Source: a virus
Taxonomy: Duplodnaviria; Caudoviricetes
DNA: 30,984 bases
Virus record (IMG/VR): IMGVR_UViG_3300031673_000322
Span: 1-30,984 of that record
Strand: one strand, 5' to 3'
The position numbers and the translations under genes are program-made. Positions within the stretch are counted from its first letter, which is position 1. Each line of letters opens with the position of its first letter. The notes beneath the pieces were generated by a model. It did not search any database and was not told the origin of the DNA. It saw only the letters and a program-made list of their open reading frames with translations. Positions 26,602 through 30,984 of this stretch are shown one piece after another.

Positions 26602-26925
26602 ATGCAGTACAAAAGAAGCAAGAAGTTAAACTCTATCGAACCGGGAGAATGGCTCCGTCGGTTGAGTAAAATCGGAAACGAGAAAATCAGGATAAAAATA
26701 GCCTGCATAGTATGGTGGGACTTTGTGAGCAAAAAAAAGAGGGAGGAATGGCTACCGATCCACAGCCTTGTGGAGAAGTTTAAACCAATTTGTTACTTAC
26801 TACCTGCTTATGCCGTCGAGAATGCACTCATCAAGATAGGATACTCTGGACGGGTAGCAAAAATACGAAGTCATTACAAACCATCGTCACCCGTTACCAT
26901 AAAGGACAATGAGAATAAAAATTAA
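26602..26925 (+). CDS. Hypothetical basic protein
   Basis: GAGGA RBS; tight operon packing. Confidence 0.6.
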   Translation: MQYKRSKKLNSIEPGEWLRRLSKIGNEKIRIKIACIVWWDFVSKKKREEWLPIHSLVEKFKPICYLLPAYAVENALIKIGYSGRVAKIRSHYKPSSPVTIKDNENKN

Positions 26926-27289
26926 TGACCTCCCGAAGCGTTACCAAGATCAAGTCAGAAAAACGATGGTCAAAGAGCAACGCCGTGCCTCTGCTCGTCT
27001 TGGCGTTTCCAGCAAAACTTCCCACTTGGAATCGCATCCTCGCAATGAACCCGTGGTCGAGAAAAAAACTGCGAGACTTAATGGACAGGTTGGTATTGAT
27101 ATTGTCGAGTATCGCCACAGGAGAACTGACTACGGCGGATCAAGCGAGAAGTACCTTGTTGATGCAATCGTTACTGCAGGAATACTCCCAGATGATAAAC
27201 CCGAAATCGTCAAGTGGATCAAAAAAGAGCAATTCAAAATTTCAAAAGATCAACAAGAAAGGACGGTCGTATTAATATGGAGCCAGTAG
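26909..27289 (+). CDS. rusA: RusA-like Holliday junction resolvase (catalytic half)
   Basis: RRTD...KYLVDAIVTAGILPDD..V motif; AAGGA RBS. Confidence 0.7.
   Translation: MRIKINDLPKRYQDQVRKTMVKEQRRASARLGVSSKTSHLESHPRNEPVVEKKTARLNGQVGIDIVEYRHRRTDYGGSSEKYLVDAIVTAGILPDDKPEIVKWIKKEQFKISKDQQERTVVLIWSQ
26925..27275 (+). CDS. Overlapping +1-frame ORF resembling the RusA N-terminal part
   Basis: TAATG-coupled start; LAFPAKLPTWNRILAMNPWSRKKLRD; stops 1 nt before the next ATG. Confidence 0.5.
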   Translation: MTSRSVTKIKSEKRWSKSNAVPLLVLAFPAKLPTWNRILAMNPWSRKKLRDLMDRLVLILSSIATGELTTADQARSTLLMQSLLQEYSQMINPKSSSGSKKSNSKFQKINKKGRSY

Positions 27290-27465
27290 ATAAAGCCTAC
27301 CTTGGTGACAGCGTGTATGCGGAGTACGATGGGTATCAAATAACACTCACGACGCAAAACGGGTTGCCAACCGATCCGAGCAACAGAATCGTGTTAGAGC
27401 CAGAGGTAGTGAGCAACCTTGAAAAATTCGTAAAAACAATAATATTTTTTAGGGAAGGGAACTAA
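27277..27465 (+). CDS. Small conserved-type phage protein
   Basis: Start re-called; YLGDSVYAEYDG..LEPEV; TAATG coupling to the next gene. Confidence 0.65.
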   Translation: MEPVDKAYLGDSVYAEYDGYQITLTTQNGLPTDPSNRIVLEPEVVSNLEKFVKTIIFFREGN

Positions 27466-27878
27466 TGAAAAAAATATTCTACCTGTTAACAGCCCTCTGC
27501 TTTGTAACCGCCGTCGTTGCGGGAGAACCCAGTTCAGGTATAACGGCTATGAGGAAGTCCGCCGAGGCGTTCAGGAAGTCCGTCGAGGCGGTCAAGACGC
27601 TCACGGTTGACAAGCCTGTTAAAATCACCGTAACGCCTACCATCGCTGGCACCTCGATAATAAGTTTCGAGAGATCTGGATTTAAGATAGTGGAGGAAGG
27701 GGTGAACAAGGTAATTGTCTGGCCCACTCTCCCGGGGACGACAGTCAAGGACTTCAGCAACCCTTCCTACAAGGTAAGCAAGAATTCCAAAGGGGAGACC
27801 GTGATAGATTCATGCATCGCTGGAACGAAGATCAAGGACTTCCAGCAACCGAGTATGATAATCAAGGTGGCGGAATGA
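27465..27878 (+). CDS. Secreted-type protein with three internal repeats
   Basis: MKKIFYLLTALCFVTAVVA signal; TIAGTSIISF / TLPGTTVKDF / CIAGTKIKDF. Confidence 0.7.
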   Translation: MKKIFYLLTALCFVTAVVAGEPSSGITAMRKSAEAFRKSVEAVKTLTVDKPVKITVTPTIAGTSIISFERSGFKIVEEGVNKVIVWPTLPGTTVKDFSNPSYKVSKNSKGETVIDSCIAGTKIKDFQQPSMIIKVAE

Positions 27879-28048
27879 AGGCAAGCAAGGATTACATCAA
27901 GGGACTGAAGGACGGCGTCAGGATGTTTGCGTGGTGGAAAGACGGCAAGCAGGAGGTGGGCAGTTGCGGAACCACCCTCAATGGAGCTTTAGCAGAGATC
28001 GATAAAGAATACGAACCAATGGATAAACAAGATGATAAACCTGATTAA
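27875..28048 (+). CDS. Small hypothetical phage protein
   Basis: ATGA overlap start; FAWWKDGKQEVGSCGTTL. Confidence 0.6.
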   Translation: MKASKDYIKGLKDGVRMFAWWKDGKQEVGSCGTTLNGALAEIDKEYEPMDKQDDKPD

Positions 28049-28898
28049 ATTATTGTGTGCAAAAATCTTTGGTGGTCATAACGAACGGCTGGATGGGGCG
28101 ACTCTGTTCTCTGCTGAGTACGGCACAGAGGCACAGTACCTCGATGTATTGAAGCTATATCGAGGCAAGCCAGTCATCAGGATGCCGTTCATCGGCTCTG
28201 AGTACAACGCCTTCAAGAGGTCTGCATGGCTGGCGGATCAAGGTGGCATTACGGTTGTGGCCCAGTTGGATTTTGGAACCAACGACTCGATGATGGACAG
28301 GCTATCGATCATCAAGAAGGATTTTACCTTCATAAAGCATATAGAGCTTTTCAACGAACTTCCTCATATGGTGTACCCGGGAGAGCCGATTAAGTCGCTT
28401 GAGGAACTTATCGTGAAGACCAATCGATACTCGGACTGGATACACCAGAACATAAACGGCGTGAAGGTCATAACGATGGCACCGTACAACAGTATCGACG
28501 AACGGGCGTTCCCGCCTTGGGGTGGCGTAACCAACACCCGCATCCTGAAAGACCTCATCCTGTACACCACGGCTGACATATCTGCGGTTCATATCTACGG
28601 CGACAGCCTTGGCAAACAGATGGAGATGGTCAAGCTTGCCAACAGTATTAAAGAGTGGAACAGGGAAGCCAGTCATAAGAAAAAGATTTGGATCACAGAA
28701 ATTGGGGAGGCTGGATGGAAGTACCATGTCGAATACTACCACAGGATGGTCAGGCTTGCCGTGAATGTTTTAAAGCCTGATAAAGTTATCTGGTACAGGC
28801 AGACGATCTCGAATATTCTGGCACCCGACGCTCTGTTCGCTCTCGAGAGCAGGAAAGAATCGGTACGATCTCCATTGTGGAACGAACTGAAAGGATGA
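28032..28898 (+). CDS. Glycoside hydrolase, clan GH-A TIM barrel
   Basis: IELFNEL (acid/base), AVHIY, IWITEIG (nucleophile). Confidence 0.75.
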   Translation: MINLIKLLCAKIFGGHNERLDGATLFSAEYGTEAQYLDVLKLYRGKPVIRMPFIGSEYNAFKRSAWLADQGGITVVAQLDFGTNDSMMDRLSIIKKDFTFIKHIELFNELPHMVYPGEPIKSLEELIVKTNRYSDWIHQNINGVKVITMAPYNSIDERAFPPWGGVTNTRILKDLILYTTADISAVHIYGDSLGKQMEMVKLANSIKEWNREASHKKKIWITEIGEAGWKYHVEYYHRMVRLAVNVLKPDKVIWYRQTISNILAPDALFALESRKESVRSPLWNELKG

Positions 28899-28902
28899 AC
28901 CG

Positions 28903-29145
28903 ATGATAGAAAAAATCAAAGACCCATGTGACGGTGACCCTGACTTTGAACTCGCAGAACCAACGACGCCACTCCAGCAATCTCAACGCAATGTGCGGGA
29001 CTACTTTGCTGGGCAGATTATGTCTGGCGTAGTATCAAACCCTGATAAAAAATTCACAGACGAGTCAAAACAAGATGTGATTGAAGAGGTGTTCGATACC
29101 GCTGATATGATGCTGAAAGAAAGCGTACGGCGGGGTGGCTGGTAG
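28903..29145 (+). CDS. Small phage protein (RDYFAGQ...ADxML type)
   Basis: VRDYFAGQIMSG..ADMML; AAGGA RBS. Confidence 0.7.
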   Translation: MIEKIKDPCDGDPDFELAEPTTPLQQSQRNVRDYFAGQIMSGVVSNPDKKFTDESKQDVIEEVFDTADMMLKESVRRGGW

Positions 29146-29184
29146 ATTTTGCCTTCATTTTGCCTTCACTACATTTTGCCTTCA
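29146..29184. repeat. Three copies of ATTTTGCCTTCA
   Basis: Exact copies at 29146, 29157 and 29173. Confidence 0.85.
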
Positions 29185-29208
29185 TGACGGCCCCGGGTAG
29201 ATCGGGGC

Positions 29209-29249
29209 AAAAAAAAAGGCGGACAGGCACCCTGTGGCACCTGTCCACC
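29209..29249 (-). terminator. Intrinsic terminator of the minus-strand operon
   Basis: GGTGGACAGG...CCTGTCCGCC stem followed by T9 on the minus strand, 15 nt after the stop at 29265. Confidence 0.85.
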
Positions 29250-29264
29250 AGTCCTCGTGCAGAA

Positions 29265-29726
29265 CTACACATCGTCGAGCAACTCAGGATACTTCTCAGC
29301 AAGTCCTTTGACGCTTGCCGTGAGCTGAATATACTTCTCAGCCTCACCAGACCTGATCGCTTCGATTACCTTATTTTCCATAAGCGACAGCAGGACAAAG
29401 GACACCTTGTCGATATCAATGCTAGTTGCCCTCGCCACTCCCATGGCAAACTGAACGGAAGGCACATTAACGCCTTGCACCTTAGCCTTGGTCAGGACTC
29501 GCAGGATACCTCGAATGAGCTTGTTGACAGTCTTCACAAAGTCTACTACCTCCTGCTCGTTCGGGAAAGATTTCCCGCCCATCGGAATAACACTTGTGAC
29601 GCCCATCTCCTCGCTATCTATCTTTACCTGCCAGATCGCATCCAGCGTCCCGTCTTTTTGCTTTTCGACCTGAGCTACGCCGATGTTATCGCCTTCCTCG
29701 TTATCTATCTTGATCGTCTTCTTCAT
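29265..29726 (-). CDS. Hypothetical protein
   Basis: GAGGGGGTGA RBS; 153 aa; followed by the terminator. Confidence 0.75.
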   Translation of the reverse strand: MKKTIKIDNEEGDNIGVAQVEKQKDGTLDAIWQVKIDSEEMGVTSVIPMGGKSFPNEQEVVDFVKTVNKLIRGILRVLTKAKVQGVNVPSVQFAMGVARATSIDIDKVSFVLLSLMENKVIEAIRSGEAEKYIQLTASVKGLAEKYPELLDDV

Positions 29727-29809
29727 TACTTCACCCCCTCTCTGTTTTTGTTTCGTACCTTTCTAAAAATGGGATCGGAATTCTTGGCTTCCGATCGAGC
29801 CAGTCGTAC

Positions 29810-30064
29810 TCACTTAGGGAGGAGACGGAAATCCCGTCTGACAGTCGTGTAGTTGTACTCCTCAACGACATGGGAGGGAACCTCCACGACCTTGCGTTTC
29901 AGTACGCTCCCGTCGCTCAGGGGAACAGAACGCTTGCGTCCCATCTCCTTCAACACGCTTGCCTTGAGTTCCTCAGCCCGTCTACTCAGGCGGTTGGCGT
30001 GTCCCAGCATCCTCTTGTAGCTGTGGTATAATCTTTCGACCCTCTTCTCTTTCACTTTTATCAC
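29810..30064 (-). CDS. Hypothetical basic protein
   Basis: AAGGGG RBS, GTG start; 84 aa. Confidence 0.7.
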   Translation of the reverse strand: MIKVKEKRVERLYHSYKRMLGHANRLSRRAEELKASVLKEMGRKRSVPLSDGSVLKRKVVEVPSHVVEEYNYTTVRRDFRLLPK

Positions 30065-30082
30065 CCCCTTCTATTCTTGACT

Positions 30083-30298
30083 TCAGTATCCGCTAATATT
30101 GTTATTGTCCCTGCACTCTATGATGACATAAGGATACTCTGAGAGCTGGTAGTGATCTAAGAATTTAATCGCCTCCTTGTGAGAATTAAATCTGGAAGCA
30201 TAATTAATCTTCTTTGTTAATCCTCCGTCACCAAAGATACAGTACTGATCGTAACGGGGATCCGCTGAGACCTTGACGATATAATGTTTCATGCCCAT
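30083..30298 (-). CDS. Hypothetical protein
   Basis: GGAGGTGA RBS; A..F.S..EA motif. Confidence 0.65.
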   Translation of the reverse strand: MGMKHYIVKVSADPRYDQYCIFGDGGLTKKINYASRFNSHKEAIKFLDHYQLSEYPYVIIECRDNNNISGY

Positions 30299-30327
30299 CA
30301 GTCACCTCCATTTTATTTTGAATGATC

Positions 30328-30705
30328 TTACCGCATTGCTTTTCGGTTGCACTTCTCGCAGTACTCGTCGTAGACATCGTCCGTCAGCTCCTTACTGCCA
30401 AAGTCGATGACCTCCTGCTTGAAGTACTCACCGCATTCGGAACACTTCCGCCTGATCGTCTTCATCTTTATTTTTCTGTTTACTCTCTCGTATTCCTCGA
30501 TGATCGTCTTGACCAACGCCTCTACGACCTCGCAGTTGTCGGCGAGCTTCAGCTCGCTCATTGCCTGCACCGCAACTTTATGGTCATCGTACACTATCGC
30601 CATATCAATATTGGCGTCGAACATTCCTACGCCCTTTTTGGGATGGCTGTACAGGTATTCTTCGCTACTGATCAACCTTATAATGTATCCAAGTTGATTC
30701 ATCAC
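30328..30705 (-). CDS. Hypothetical protein with C-terminal zinc finger
   Basis: GGAGGTGA RBS; CSEC...CEKC. Confidence 0.7.
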   Translation of the reverse strand: MMNQLGYIIRLISSEEYLYSHPKKGVGMFDANIDMAIVYDDHKVAVQAMSELKLADNCEVVEALVKTIIEEYERVNRKIKMKTIRRKCSECGEYFKQEVIDFGSKELTDDVYDEYCEKCNRKAMR

Positions 30706-30789
30706 TCACCTCCAGTTAATGTTTCTGACTCTATCGTTTCGAGATTGAAATTGTGCCAGCTTTTATTCAGAGCTGGCGAACTGGTCTCG

Positions 30790-30978
30790 TCAGGAGCAAG
30801 CCGAATTTATTTCGACCCTGACTTTCTTCGCTACCTTCTTGTCGTACTCTTCGATCTTGTTGCGGATGACTTCCTGAAAGTCAATCTCATCGATGGCATC
30901 CACAATGTTTTCGCAGTTCGTTTCAGTCACCTGCTTGGCATCGACTTCAATCGATATCATTATTCTCTGTAAGATCAT
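30790..30978 (-). CDS. Small acidic hypothetical protein (start may lie outside the window)
   Basis: Frame is open to the window edge; co-oriented with neighbours. Confidence 0.5.
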   Translation of the reverse strand: MILQRIMISIEVDAKQVTETNCENIVDAIDEIDFQEVIRNKIEEYDKKVAKKVRVEINSACS

Positions 30979-30984
30979 CGTTCG

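Noticed and set aside
29146-29184. Possible CRISPR array
   Set aside because: Repeats are only 12 nt with 0-4 nt spacing; no spacers
29160-29852. 230-aa plus-strand ORF (likewise 30322-30972)
   Set aside because: Runs antisense to RBS-supported minus genes and across the terminator; L/H/R-rich shadow composition
1-30984. tRNA genes, integrase, DGR, alternative genetic code
   Set aside because: No cloverleaf, recombinase, reverse transcriptase or TR/VR pair seen; genes pack tightly under the standard code with all three stop codons used

Overview
Segment of a dsDNA tailed-phage genome, probably podovirus-like; the host cannot be determined from this window. 1-23.3 kb (+) is a late/virion region. 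It contains signal-peptide-bearing fibre-like proteins, a beta-helix tailspike, and a lysis-like cluster (holins, a GH-A-like barrel, an HNH protein with a signal peptide). It continues with tail fibre and tubular proteins, two ejection-type proteins and a 3413-aa polyvalent protein. That protein carries GNAT, sigma-70 r2/r4, HExxH peptidase, GP88/radical-SAM-like and three ADP-ribosyltransferase-like modules plus a helical C-terminus. 23.5-29.1 kb (+) is a promoter-led operon with a SleB-like hydrolase, RecT, a PD-(D/E)XK nuclease, a RusA-like region and a second GH-A enzyme. 29.2-31 kb (-) holds small genes ending at a strong terminator. The most striking unexplained signals are: recurring K/R-F/Y-A motifs at module borders of the giant protein; two RBS-led genes nested in its +1 frame; a prfB-type CTT-TGA-C site that would extend an ejection protein; and a RusA-like protein split across two overlapping frames. 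All family assignments are by motif recognition, not database search.
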